A DNA stretch of 64,000 nucleotides from Ascidiella aspersa (Eukaryota), in contig OZ004610.1 of the NCBI GenBank assembly GCA_963924565.1, positions 11,470,001-11,534,000 of the forward strand, in the 5' to 3' direction. The notes below the pieces were generated by a model that did not search any database, was not told the DNA's origin, and saw only the letters and a program-made list of their open reading frames with translations. Position 1 is the stretch's first letter. Each line of letters opens with the position of its first letter. Positions 39,801 through 52,959 of the stretch are shown one piece after another. Both the position numbers and the translations under genes were made by a program.

Positions 39801-42347
39801 TATAGACTACTAATCTTAATATTAAATTCGAATATACGGATAAGCCTCAATTTACTGCTAAACACTACAGGTCTAGACAAGTAGTACATATAGGCATGTA
39901 ATGAATTAAGTCAATACAATGACTTGACTTAAGTGCACTTGAGTCACTATTTTCAAACTGCCTATCTTGACTTAAGTCTTTTGGACAAATTACTTAAATT
40001 TACTTAAGTCTTTAAGACAAATGACTTGGGTTAAAATGAAGTGTTTTTATTAACCTTTTTTTTTAACTTGGTTATTTTTTATTTTTGCACATAAAACAAT
40101 TGGCTTGCTGTATATCGCGTTTTTGGTATTTTTTATTTGAGTTATTGCTTATAATTTGGACGTATTTACCAATTTTAACAGTCTAACGTGTAATTTTGAC
40201 TTGGAATTGACTTGCTCTAATTATGAATTGACTGGAAATTGACTTGTTATTTATTCAAAGACGTGACTGGGACTTAGGTCACATCAAAATAACTTTTTAC
40301 AACATTGTATATAGGTTTCAAATAAGTGCTGTTATGCTTTTTACAAAGCAACGCATCAAGCAGTGAATGTAAAACAGCACAAGACAAGTAACCGAAAATA
40401 TTTACCTGTATTGTAAGTAGTTGCAGACGACTTGTGCGTCCTTCAAATCCCATTTGCTTGCACATATAACGCCCCAGTGGTTCTCTTCTTTGTTGTAAAC
40501 CTCCACTACGCCCCGTTTTTTGCGGCAGCCTTTGTCTTTGCAAGAAAGTCGCAAATCGCCCTTCAAGCAATGTTAGAGACATCGTCACTTCAAGTGAAAA
40601 ACACCGTTACTAAAGACTAAAACAATAATATTGTTCGCGTATATGACTAGAACTGGATTAGGTAGTATAGTCATTTGTTTGGCAAAAGTTAGTTATTTGG
40701 TAAAAACTGAAGCAAAAGGGTGCATTGAACAAAAATGCGTTGCCCAGTTATATTCTCTTGTTGCAGAAAATTAAAGAATTTGGTTAAGGTTCAAAGGGGG
40801 CTTCTTACGAAGAAAACACTACATCATTTTATTCACTTCAACACTAAAAAAGTGTTTTCCACAGAATGGGGAAAGCCGTGATGTAAATTATATTAGATCT
40901 TTTTTTTTAAGTTGCCGATCTATATGTCATGTGACACATCTATTTATTGTAACTAGCAAATCCTAATATTTTTAAGTTAAAACTAACTAATTATAAAGGT
41001 ATGCTGATTTTTAGAAAGCTCTAATAATAAAGTTTCGTTGATATTACCCAAATACAGTGCTTTTTACAGTCCTTCTAAAGATGTTGAATTGCTCCAATTT
41101 TACAATTTGCACAAAAATAACCACAGTTCGTAATTTTAAGGGTTTATACGCTGACAACGAATTAGCTTCATTCAACGCACTGTGAAACTGCCCTGGCCTC
41201 TCCATGGCTTGGTCACAAGGCTTGAGGTCGCCGCAGTTGCTGGCTCTGTCGGGGTAATGGCAGTGGTCGTAGTCGTCGTCGGGGAAATGCTGGTTGCGAC
41301 GCTGGCGTCATCGTCCGAGTCTGAGTTTCCAAACACCTGGTCCCACAACGAAGAGATGTCATCGCTGCTGAACGAAAACGTGCTCTGCTCTCCGTCACCG
41401 AACGAGAGCTGAAACAGGCTAGTGTCCAAAAAGCCGGCGCGAGGTCTGGACTGTGGATGACCTGAGAAAAAACTAACGTTTACGACAAAAACACTATAGG
41501 CTTGTATGAGATGAGTTGTGAGGGCTACTTGAAATAACAAAGCCATGAAACAAACCCATTTTTTATAAGTTGCATGTTCGTGATTAGTTAAATAAAGTCA
41601 GTTTTGTAAATGGAAACTTTATAAATGCCTATATATTTAAAACGCATTTCCTGCCTAAGGTAACTGGTTAAAACGAAGCACATTTCTCAAAGGACGCCGC
41701 CGAAAGACCAAATAGGCCTATTCCTGTTTCTCATAACCAGGACAGGCCTTAAGAAGTAGACTAAATGTAGGGCCTAATGGTTTCGATTCAAATTGTCCAT
41801 TTATTTGCGCCTATATGGTCGAATTCAATTATTTAGCAGGCCCATTCTACATTTAGATAAAATTGCACAAAATACAACCAAAATGCGTCATCGTTTAAAA
41901 TGCCCCTTCATCTTGTGCCTGCCCCTTTCGTCTTTAGGGCCTTTAAAATTCGGGGTAACATTAAAATATTCAAAGGTATGTCGACGACGCCAATACGTTA
42001 TACAGCAACGTAACTAATCATAGACTGTTTGAATTGCAAATTAGAAAGTCGAACCGGTCGGCCAATACCTTGAACCGACACTAGTGAAAATACACTGCCA
42101 CCCCTACTATACCTCCTTGTCTTGTCCTGGGATCAGGCGGTGGAGCCCTGTTATGGCCACCCGGGCGTCTTGGTTTCTTAGAATGACGACCTTGAGGCCA
42201 CCCTCCCCCGCGGTGTGCGCCCCACTGAGGTCCCCCGGCCCGACTCCTCTGATTACGGTCTCCCCCATAACCTCCCCTACCGCCCGTGACAAACGTACAT
42301 ACACATGTAAAAACGACCATCAACAGCAACAACGTGCAAGGCCTCAT
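30869..42347 (-). CDS. Secreted mosaic trypsin-like protease: SP, Gly/Arg-rich, Thr-rich, SRCR, LDLa, LDLa, PAN, LDLa, SRCR, protease; ~907-941 aa
   Basis: Exons 42347-42113, 41461-41181, 40560-40406, 39518-39334, 38214-38068, 37559-37443, 36883-36726, 36431-36323, 36064-35966, 35448-35280, 34954-34779, (34628-34527 optional), 34454-34264, 33615-33530, 33055-32896, 32372-32237, 31867-31676, 30996-30869, all phase-consistent. Activation site R|VVGG; triad TAAHC, DIALL, GDSGG; S1 Asp (DTCQGDSGG). Confidence 0.9.
33965..34136. mobile_element. Ac-like hAT MITE in a protease intron
   Basis: TIRs TAGGGATGTCC / GGACATCCCCA; TSD CCACTACC / CCGCTACC; internal GTATCG/CGATAC repeats (related fragment near 31480-31550). 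Confidence 0.8.
39895..40308. repeat. Dispersed GACTT-rich repeat, copy 2
   Basis: Similar to 25975-26282; many GACTT/AAGTC motifs. Confidence 0.7.
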
Positions 42348-43494
42348 CTTGTAATCCGTAAACAACCTACTAATAAGAAAAACAAAGTTCTCGGGCTTTA
42401 CCTTACATACTTAGTGTATATGGTTATATTTTTGGCTGCTTATCAACATCATTTTGAACAGATTAGCCTTTAACGTCATACAAAGCCTTATTATTTTCGA
42501 ACGAAATTGGTTATTTTTAAACGAAAATACCATTTTAGATGGTAATACCATTCGCTTCAAAGCCTTATTAATTCTTAAGGAATTAGCTTTTTGGGTGGTC
42601 AAGCACTATGTTATTACGTTTAAAAAGCTTGATAAGCACTAATTAAAAGCAAGTTTGTTCTAAAATCTAAACCATACACTGTAAGTCAATAGTCGTTATA
42701 TCCACTTTTATTTTATACAGATTAACAGTTACAGAAAAAGCCTTGATAAATATTGACATTTATCTATTTCTTTTCGTTTTAGTAATCATTGGTTGACTCC
42801 CAACCTATATTAAAACATATCCGACCATTCGCTGTTCTAAACGTTTACTCAGGAAAAATATTTTAATGCTTTGACCATTGCAACAGAATGGATCTCGACG
42901 AACCTGACTAGCGACCAAAGCCGACAATGCACTACTATTGTGACTCATGTAAACACTTTTTTCCTGAAAAGTATTTTCGATTCCCTGATACAAATCTAGA
43001 ACTGTTTGCTGTTTCTCCGCAATCTTATTGCACTTGTCGCTTATCGCTGACAAGAAAGCTCAAAAAGCTTAGCAAAGCATAAATCGCGCTTGTTACCACT
43101 AGAACTGAAACAGCAGCAAGTCAGCCGTGAAGTAAATAGCTACTCCTTTATTTCGCGGAAAAGTAGGCCATTCGTCTTGGCGAAAAACAAAGTGAAACAA
43201 CTTTTATGTTTTTATTGGCGTAAGCTCACAAGATTCATATGTTGCAAGAAGTTGATGAGAAATCATTGTTTATACTTCGAAATTCCATTTTATCCACCTT
43301 GAAAGTTTTACACCTTTTCACTTTACGAAATAAAAAAGACATAACATAGACCAAATAAAATAGATGCGACACAAAACAAGATCCACGGGCACGCAACTCT
43401 CATTAGGTTAGCGATTAGGTCAGCTACAAACAACAAAGAAACCACTGCTCGGAAAAATAGTAAACAAACGACAAACAAGAGAAACGCATATTTT

Positions 43495-46400
43495 TTACGA
43501 GGCGATTTTTGGCAGTACAACGCGTTTCTTGCTCCCGTTCATTAGGCTTTCGTTCTGCTTCCAAAACCTTTGCCCTTCGCCCAATTGTTTTTTAACCTGG
43601 ACAGGGCCGACCGCCCTGGCATGGTTCCACACGTATTTTTTAGTTGGTGACGCGACGCCCGTGACCCTACCGTCCTTGAACGTCCTGCTGTGACCTTCGA
43701 GGTGCTTTAGTGACGTCACAGGAAAACCTCCGAACACGGGTTGATCGGGAGAGCTGAAGTCTACCAAAAAATAAAATAGCAAAATAATTAAAAAAGGCAA
43801 ACATATACATTTAGCTCAGTGTGAACTACAAATGCGACACTTTTGCGACTTTAAGCATCGTAAATAATGTATCTTATTATGAATTATACGTCTCCCAAAA
43901 CAGTTCCTCCTAGTTAACATATATTTGTTACGTTTAGTTTCCACACCTGTTTGAAAACAATTCCAATTTTGATTTTACTTTTGCAATATCGATGTAACTT
44001 TCATTTCCATTATTTTGCAAAGAACAAATACCTAACCACCGGCAAACAATTCGAGAAGAATTAAAAAGCAACCACTGTAAGCCTATGCAAAACAGGTTAA
44101 ATAAACAAGATTTGCTATTATTTTTACTTCATTTTTGTTATGAATTATACGTAAAAGCAATGTTAACCTACTTAAAGAAGACGACCAGTGTAGGACGTCG
44201 AAACTATGGTTAACAAAAATATTTACGACATGAGCTATTTCGACTAATATTAATCCATGGTAGAAACAGTTTACAAAAGCGAGCTGTTTTAAAGCGAAAA
44301 CTGGCATAGTAAATCAAAAAAACGCGGAACCAAATGACCAATAGAAATATCGAAAGGAAGAGACTTTTTACCCGGACACTAAAGTGGACATATAATCACT
44401 TACAGGTGAAGCGTAAAAGATCGATCCGGAAAAATAGCCTATATGCACCTCCTGCCGCTGACCCAAACCCTAACCTTAATCAATGCATAATCACGTATTG
44501 ACGCAAGCGTAAAAGAGCGATCCGCGGGAATAGCAACCTCCATACAACAAAAGTTGTAAAAACGAAACCGTAAAAGAAACGCCACATACCCGTATGACTT
44601 CCGACCGGCTCTTCAGCAGCCGTGCTGTGTTCTCGAGCCTGGTCTCCCTTCTCTGTGATGTTTTCCAGCAGCGAGACTCGTCGTCTTATGGGAGAGTGCT
44701 GTTGGCGGTTGGCACGCGCCATCATCGCCGCGTCATAGCGTTGGTGGTAGTCGGCCGATATCTTGCGGTAGTAGTTGGTGTTGGGGTGAAGTGAGCGCTT
44801 GATTTGCAGCGGAGGCAGAATGAGTCGACGAGGCTTACTGGCCGGGTAGGTGTGGCGCTAAAACAGGCGACCAGTTAAACTTACTCAGCGGTTATCGCTT
44901 AATCTGTATATTCAGAGTGCGACTATTTAAATACCAAATGTTCTGGAGCCTTAGAAAACGCATTTATAAACAAGTATGCCATTACGTACGTTGTTGCTCC
45001 CCCTATTTTATTACTCTTTTACTTCGGCCCACGAGTTTTAACATATTTTTCTTTTACAATGAACAAGTTCTTTCAAAGGTGACCTTGTAAGCATTTCCTT
45101 TTTTTAACTCGGCGATGTTTTTATTTAACTATATCGCATTGAATGCAAACGTTACAGTGGTTTCCCACCGCTAATAAGCGGCCCGCGTAAAAAAATTCTT
45201 ATTGTGTTGCCAACCTTAATTCTAACATTTCCAGTTGTGCAGGCCTGCCCTAAATGTGTAATGTTTTTGTAATTTCTATTGGAATTTAGAAGTTCAGAAG
45301 TCACGAAGGGCAGCAAACCGACAACTAAAGCGTCAGCAGTAAATTTCCATGTTCGATTGTTCAAACATTAAGCCCGTTTATATGCACGTTTAAGCCGGAT
45401 TCGAATCTGATTCGTTAATTCATTCTCTCTCGTTTTGGCGCTGGAATGAATTAAGTTCTCTCGTTTCCTAATCTGACAAAAGGAGTGGTTTTCAATCCGT
45501 TCTCCGCTTAATCTGTTCGTTTCGCTGACGGCCGGAATTGTTTGATGTTGAATAACCTGCTTTAACGCAGTAAACATCACGCCACTTTTGGGGCATTATG
45601 ACGTAACACGAACGGCTAGTCGTAAACAAAACAAGTTTAGCGCATAAGGAAAGAACATTACATACACTCGTTAGAATCAGGTACTAATTTGTGACATAGG
45701 CGCTGGTCTAGAATCCACAACATATAACATTATTTGTGTTAGGATGCGGGTTTGGGTAGGTTTAAATAGTAATAGTTGGCCCATCCTTACCCAAATATTG
45801 TATTGTACTTTGCTTTAATAATTGTCTCAACGCTGTGGTAGGATTCTAGGCCAGCGCCAAATACAGTTTTCATTAATGTTTGGTACATTTTATCACCTTC
45901 TTTTGTCCATTTTGCCTTGTATATAGCGTTGGACAGCACAAACAAGCTTAACTTTCCTGCACTTACATTCTGTTTGCCAGGTAAACTACTGAAGCACTAT
46001 ACAGACAGTCAAAAACGTACTTAATCGGCAAACCTAACTCAAGTAATCCTTGGTTTTTTTTCAATGTTAGGTTAATAAAAACGAACAAGCAGCAATAAAT
46101 TGCTACCGCAAGGAGTAGCTTAAGCCGAAAAATTGGTTGTGCGTTAGAGGTTTACTGGAATATTACGTAATAACGCATATCAGTGCAGTTTGTACACTCA
46201 AGCTGGCTTGAATTTCGCGCCATGTAATTACGACGCTGGAACGGATTACTTTTCAAGCCGGCTTGAACCTTAATCTAATCTGCCTGAGAAAGGTGCATAT
46301 AAACAGGCTTATTGTTGTATTTGTAGCTTTCTAGTTTGGTCTAGAAATGCTTATTTTTGTAAAAGAATATAAATAAGCGGTCCATTTTCGACTTAATAAT

Positions 46401-48027
46401 TTCACCCTAAACATTTTGCAACTATATAGTCTCACCACGTCAGGAGAAGCAAGCACTCCACATGCGCTCCCAGTTATTTCTTCTATGTCTTCCAGGTTTG
46501 CCACGTCGTACGACTTGGTCAACGCTTTCGGATGAATGGCGCTATCTTCGTTCTTGTACAACTGAAGTATTATTCGTACGTTGCTCAAGCGCGGATTTTT
46601 GTTTATTAAATGTAGTTTGTGTTGAGGCAATAACATAGAAGGCAAACCTACTCACCTGCAAAATGTTCTCGGCAAGATTTCCCGCCTCGTCTGGATTAAG
46701 TTCTCTAATACGTCCATCACGTTTTCCCTGAAAAATGTGACAATCAAATGCTTTGGTCATTTCTTCCAATCCTTTATTTTTCTTACATTAAGGAGGTATG
46801 AGATAACTTATCAAATTTGTGTGTGATTCTACAGTAAACTTTAACGTTTCTTATTGGAGCAAAATTAAAACACAGAAAATATTTGAAATAAAAAATTGAA
46901 ACACCCCAATCACTGTGGTTTTATTATAATAATATTTAAAATTATTTTCAATAAAATCCTGGTTTAAATACCTTTTCTACAATTTTCAGCCTAAATCGGT
47001 TTCACAGAGAGACAAATCACTAAAGACCAACCTGTTCGAGTTGAATCCGCGCCTTGATCATTCTCCTCTTGGCCGGATCTCTAATCCGCTTGTATTTCTC
47101 GCTTTCCTGTTTTATCTGTTCCACGGTGGCGCCCCCGTAACGCCCCAGGTTGAGCAGGGGGCGCGTCTCACCCCTATCCTTGCTCTCATCACGCACCGAC
47201 CTGATGCGCCGCAGTAATGCGATCTGAAAAGCTTTCAGCTCATCGTTGGAGTTTGTCGCTTTGTCGTTGCTCCTGAAAAAAGATTCACATGTAAACTTTT
47301 GCTTTACATTATCGTGATGGGTTTGGGATACTGAAACAACCAGGCGCAGTGCTATTACACTTTCAAGTCTAAATGGTCAACAAATCTTTATTTAAAATGA
47401 TTCGTTGATAAGCGTTAAAATTTTCAATAAATTTATCGACATGAAGTTATAATAATAAAGTCAGTTTGTCTTGTTAGAGCGACTGATCTGGAAATGACAA
47501 TTAAACTAAAGAGTTATGTGCTCGCAAAATGCTGGTCGTTGCGGAATCTTACTGTAAAATGGCTCAGAATTTGGAAACCACTGGACTATTGGGAATTGAA
47601 ATAAACTAACCTGATAAATGCATTATACCTATGGCTACAGTCACTTTTTTGCTATACTGAAATAAAAATTTTTAGTATACTGTACTATATATCAGACGAA
47701 AATACAGTTTACTTTTATTAATTTAATATTACTAATTTAGGCTTCGCAAAACAAAAACAAATTATTTTTTTAATAATTCAAGCTTCGCAACCTTTAATTG
47801 TTCGCGCTTTAAACAAGTTACCAAACCACAATGCGCTTTTTGGTGACCATATACCTTTCCATCTTGTGAAATTCGGTGGCCCTCTCGCTCTCGATTTGAC
47901 GCTTGAGGAAGGCCAGTCGTTTGTTCTCGATGTCGTTCACGACGGTGGTGAAGCGACGACGCTTCGTGTTCTGCTTGTAGATGCTGGCAATTCTGCCTCC
48001 CATCGAAATCGACAAAGCATCAGCCAT
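43495..48027 (-). CDS. Uncharacterised basic protein with N-terminal coiled-coil-like region, ~381 aa
   Basis: Exons 48027-47855, 47272-47032, 46727-46656, 46561-46436, 44857-44590, 43760-43495 join in frame with GT-AG sites. Contains LILPPL; ends VVLPKIAS. Confidence 0.75.
45699..45858. mobile_element. GGCGCTGGTCTAGAATCC-family inverted-repeat element
   Basis: Ends GGCGCTGGTCTAGAATCC and GGATTCTAGGCCAGCGCC; internal GGGTTTGGGT. Confidence 0.8.
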
Positions 48028-49204
48028 GACGGTTTACAAGTTAAACTATATCAACTTGCGCAAATTTAAACGGACAAACTAAAAAATTCCTCCTATTTTA
48101 TTTGGTTTTCTTTTCTTGAATGGAACCTGGGTTAAATTAACGCAATAAGTTCTTTCACAAAGCGACTAAAGTCGGTTAGCAGGTGTTATCGTTCTGTCGA
48201 CTGCTACGCAAATACTGCAGAGAAGCCACAGGACGTGAAATACATTTTATATTTTTCGCAGTTTATCAGGGCGACACTCTTTCTCCTCCTTTTGATATTG
48301 CGTTCTGACAGCAGGACAAATATCGCAAACGGCAACTCGGCCTCGAGAAGGTAAATACTGCCCGAAAGGCGCGCTGACTGAGATAATATTCTCCACCTTT
48401 CATTACTTTTTCGAGTCGGCAAATAAAACACAATACTGCGTCACATAGTCACGTTTCGTCCTTCCGTAAAGTCCTATCAGGTGCGAAAGGAAGTCAAAAT
48501 ATAGATATTCGCCACATTTGACAAGGGCGTCGAAACGTATCACAACATGTCCGACAAACACTTCGAAGCCATTTTTCTATTATTCCCATTTCGAGGCGGT
48601 TACGTAGCGTAAGGTCGATCTCCCTGCAACTATATATGTTTGAGATTGTAAGCTGCCCGCAAAGAAAACAAAATACGCGATTGGCGAAGACGGCTTTCAT
48701 GTAACCGTGTTATTGTGCATCATAGTGTCGGCTTACGTTTTGTTGTGACGATTACCCTGTTTAATTGCCTATCGGTTACGTATGATCCTGCCTAACCTTG
48801 TTCACTCAGATTGAAACGTGTAGTCCCGCGCTTTTATCCCTGACCCGAGTACGAAAATAAACAGTCGGTGGGAAAAGGTTTTACGTCCACTAATGAGAAG
48901 AGCCTGTCTATTTTTGAAGTATATAGTTTTTTCCACCCCTTTCTCTTACTCGAACGGAACTAGCATTGATTTCACCCAGGTGAAATGCTATTTCGCTTTT
49001 CCTTCTCTCTATACTATTTATATAATTATGGATTACCCTGTACACTTTTGCGGAAGTGTGCTAAGATTAACATAATATTTCATGCACCTCGTACCCGTAT
49101 AGTACTTTTTATTTTGTAGAACTGTGAAGATAACAAGCAGACAAGCCTTTTTATAATGCGACTTGAAGTGTACTCAGTATTTATTTATTCAGATTAGCTT
49201 ACAG

Positions 49205-49540
49205 CAGGGGTTCCCAACCTGTGGGCCATGCCACCCTAGGGGGCCATGAGCCTTTTTCAAGGAGGCCAGGAAAAAAATTGAAAAACAATATGTCTTTTAA
49301 TTTATTATCTACTCCACTAAAACAAAAACTAGTGTCTTGGATATTCAATATGACATGCGGCTGTCTCTTTCCACCACTAAACCAGCAATTAAGACATTGT
49401 CAGAGCAAAAACAAGCTCAGCCAACAAATTAACCGAATATGTAATAACCAATTAATCTACGATCATGTTTATCGTGTGTTGTATTAATTTCTCAAAATTT
49501 TCAGAAGAGCCACGGTGTAAAAAAAGGTTGGGAACCCCTG
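49205..49540. mobile_element. hAT MITE
   Basis: Perfect 16-bp TIR CAGGGGTTCCCAACCT; perfect TSD GCTTACAG. Confidence 0.92.
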
Positions 49541-50399
49541 GCTTACAGCTTAATAAACTTTTTACAAAATTACCTAATGCACAAGTAACCGGTTCATTTA
49601 GGAGTAGTTGTGGTAACGTTACCAGCATATATTTTATATATTGGGATTTCTTTTTTTTCTTTGAGATAAAATAAACCCGATGTTTAGTGAAGTCATTTTT
49701 TGACTATATTATCTTAAAAACGCAGTTTTATAAAGTATTCTTAAAGTTCTACAGTTATTACACAATGAGAATAAGATAGCTACCGCAAAAAAAAACATAA
49801 TAAAATCCGTATCAAATCAACAAAAATTCTATGTCAGTCTACGTGTACTTGATCGTGTCGAAAACGAACAAAACTTTTGTCCGCGTTTAATGTCATAAAA
49901 TATATCGTATGTTCGCCCTACATCAACAAATATAAGCCCTTACAAATCAAGTTTGCTTACGCAGGTGCCATTATTCGGCGCTTATCTTGACAATAACTTG
50001 CTATCAATGGCTCGACAAATAGCTATTTATTTAGCACAAACAAAATAAATAACGTGGAAAGGCTAAAAGTGACAACGCTATCCTTATATAATCTATAGTT
50101 TCTTGTTAAACTACTGAAAAGTGCTACAAAAATTAACAGCCAATACACTATTATAATATCATACTCACAATTTAGTTGTAAAGCACTTTCGAAACTGACT
50201 ATCGTTTTAAAGGGCGAAGCCATCGACTACACACAACTACTTTAAACGCTTATGCTATGTTTAGGTCGGTGTCAAATATCAAAGCTTTTCTAAAGACTGT
50301 TGTTGGCGCCAACACGACTTTACAAGATTCCAAAACAAAGCCTTCTATTAGTATTTTGATATATCATGACGTCAGATAAAACATAATCACCGTTTAACA

Positions 50400-51295
50400 C
50401 AGACCTGGGCCCGCCAAGCGATTTAAATCGGCCCGCGGCTTTGCTAAAATGTACATAAGCAAAAACAAGGGCTAGTTTCTACATGTTTGGTTGTACCTTG
50501 TTCGGTATCTTAAACACTCTTTTCCGCAAAACTCTATTTTTAGCGATATGTTTTTTTAGTTTTAAATACTAAAATGGAAATTATTTTCGCGCTTCGCGCG
50601 AATTCCTTTCTGTCTTTTAGAAAGCATTCTCTGCTTATAGTGCTCTTCCCAACGAAAGTTTATCAAACTTATCCTAATATTTGTATACTTTTTGCGCTTC
50701 GGTGGAATGTTTTCCGTCTTTAAATTATGAACTAAATACCAGCCGTTTTCTAAACTCTGAAACATACTGATTTATATGTTGTCAACCTAATTTAGTTGAT
50801 GAACTCGATTTATACCTTCTTGGCAATATGACCGTTGTATCGCAAGTAACACATCGGTAACTTAAAGCCTCGAAAACCAAAAAAAAATTGTAGGTTAATT
50901 TTTTTGTGAGAAATTTTTACGTATTTTAATCTTAACTTTCGGGTCAATGCACCCCACAACTTGATAAATGCCAATATATCAACAAGATATGTAGTCTATA
51001 TTTTTAATCTATATCTATATCTATATTTTTTATGTGCTCAATGCGTCGCGTCCCCCTATAAATCTAAATTAATAGTGTCATTTTGAAACAAATATAGTCG
51101 CATTTAAATTGCACTTAAATTGCATATTTTATAGCACAACTACAAACGTAATAACAAGTTCGTTAGCTTTTTTGTTTTATCCCGTCAGAGTATGACGTCA
51201 TATTGCGTGTATTTAAGATCTTATTTTTGACCTGGCCCGCCACCGCATTTTAAGTTTCTCATGCGACCCGCGTCAACAATAATTGCTCACCCCTG
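50400..51295. mobile_element. hAT (Charlie-like) non-autonomous element
   Basis: Imperfect ends CAGACCTGGGC / GCTCACCCCTG; subterminal GGCCCGC motifs; perfect TSD GTTTAACA. Confidence 0.75.
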
Positions 51296-51671
51296 GTTTA
51301 ACAAGATTTGTGTGCATACGACATCACGTCAGAAGTAACAAAACAGGTGTTCTTCAGCTCTTTTATTTAACGTGGATCGTTAAAAATGTTTTTGGTTTGC
51401 GCGGACCAGGTTGGGATGGATTTTTACTGAGAGGACGTCATAAAACAAGAAACCTGCTGTTTTCGGTCAAACATTTATGGAACGGAAGTGAAGTACATTA
51501 TTTACGAAGGCGTCAAAGTGATTTTAATATTAAACTCTATTATTTTGAAAAATGTATTACATTTTTGATGAACACACTAATATTTTAACTAGGCCTTCAT
51601 GGACCCCTAAAACTATAGTCCACGGGCCCCATTTTACGAACCTCTGAAATAGACAGAATAATGCATTGGAC

Positions 51672-52027
51672 CAGGGGTTCTTAACCAGGGGTACGTGTAC
51701 CACTTGGTGGTACGAAGCAACAAGCAGGGGGTACGACATGCAGTGTGAAATTATGCGCTATTTAGGCTTTTTGTGGGGAACGCTTAATTTACGAAAAGCA
51801 ACCACAAAAAGCCACTAGTAAAATGACTGAATGCTTGTGTTTTGTAAATATTGTTGAAAAGACTGTATTTAACGCATGCAATCAACACATAAGTTGTAAA
51901 TACATTGATTTTAATTTCTAATCCTATTATTACAATTTTTACTTCCGTCGGCCATTGTAGGCAGGGGTACGCGAAAATTTCATGAAAGCTCAAAGGGTAT
52001 GAGCGCTAAAAAGGTTAAGAAACACTG
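51672..52027. mobile_element. hAT MITE
   Basis: TIRs CAGGGGTTCTTAACC / GGTTAAGAAACACTG; TSD CATTGGAC / CATTAGAC; GGGGTACG subterminal repeats. Confidence 0.85.
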
Positions 52028-52709
52028 CATTAGACCGCCTCTGGTTATATAATGTATAATTATTAAACAATACAGTTCAGAGTGTTCCAAGGTTGACAGC
52101 ATCGCGGGCCATATAATTTAGCAGGCGACATGCGTGCCAGGAGCAGATCAACGATTTTAGGTCTAGGAATGAAATGCTGAAAGATGACGCCACGAAGCAT
52201 CGTCAAAAAATAACGTTGAAAGACTCCAACAACTTGCTGGTATCGTGGAATTGTGCCCAAATGAAACCAAATGATAATAAGACTGGGAAAATGATGCGCG
52301 AAAATATGCGTGTTTGACAAAAAATTAATTTAGAAGAAGACTGCATTTATAAGCGTAAATGTATTTTAACTCAATTTGACTGAAAGTGCATCATGGAAAG
52401 GGTCAAGGCGTCAACCTTTAGTTACAGTAAAAACCTGTAAAACAATTCTTTCCGGAAGCGCGATATATTTTATCGTTCATTAACTTTAATGTGAAAAAAG
52501 TAATTTATAAGGGTCGTACTTTTTATGTGATGTTCTATCAAAAAGACGGAAAAGAAAACGCAAATAAGTTCGCCAAACAGCTATTTTAAAAAACTGGTTT
52601 ATACAGTAACCGGTATAGTTAGAATGATAAAATGATATAAATACAGCACACAATAAACATGATAGTAATTAGTTAGATGTTAGATATTACAAATTAAGTT
52701 AATGTGATG

Positions 52710-52959
52710 GTTGAGCTTGTTTTTGCTCTGACAATGCCTTAATTGTTGGGTTTATGTGGAAAGAGCCAGTCGCCAGTAATATTCAATATCCAAGACACTG
52801 CACTGCTTTGTCTTTAGAAGTGGCATTGTTGAAACCCAACATTCACAACGATAGGTTAATGGCAATAGCGACAGCAATAGCACGACAATAAGTCTAAAGT
52901 TTAATATTTTGAAAAAGGCTCGTGGCCCCCTTGGGGGCTAGGGCCTCGGGAAACTTCTG
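52710..52959 (-). mobile_element. Inverted, truncated relative of the 49205 element
   Basis: TGAGCTTGTTTTTGCTCTGACAATG is the reverse complement of CATTGTCAGAGCAAAAACAAGCTCA (~49395-49419); ATATTCAATAT and CCAAGACACT segments are also shared. Confidence 0.7.
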
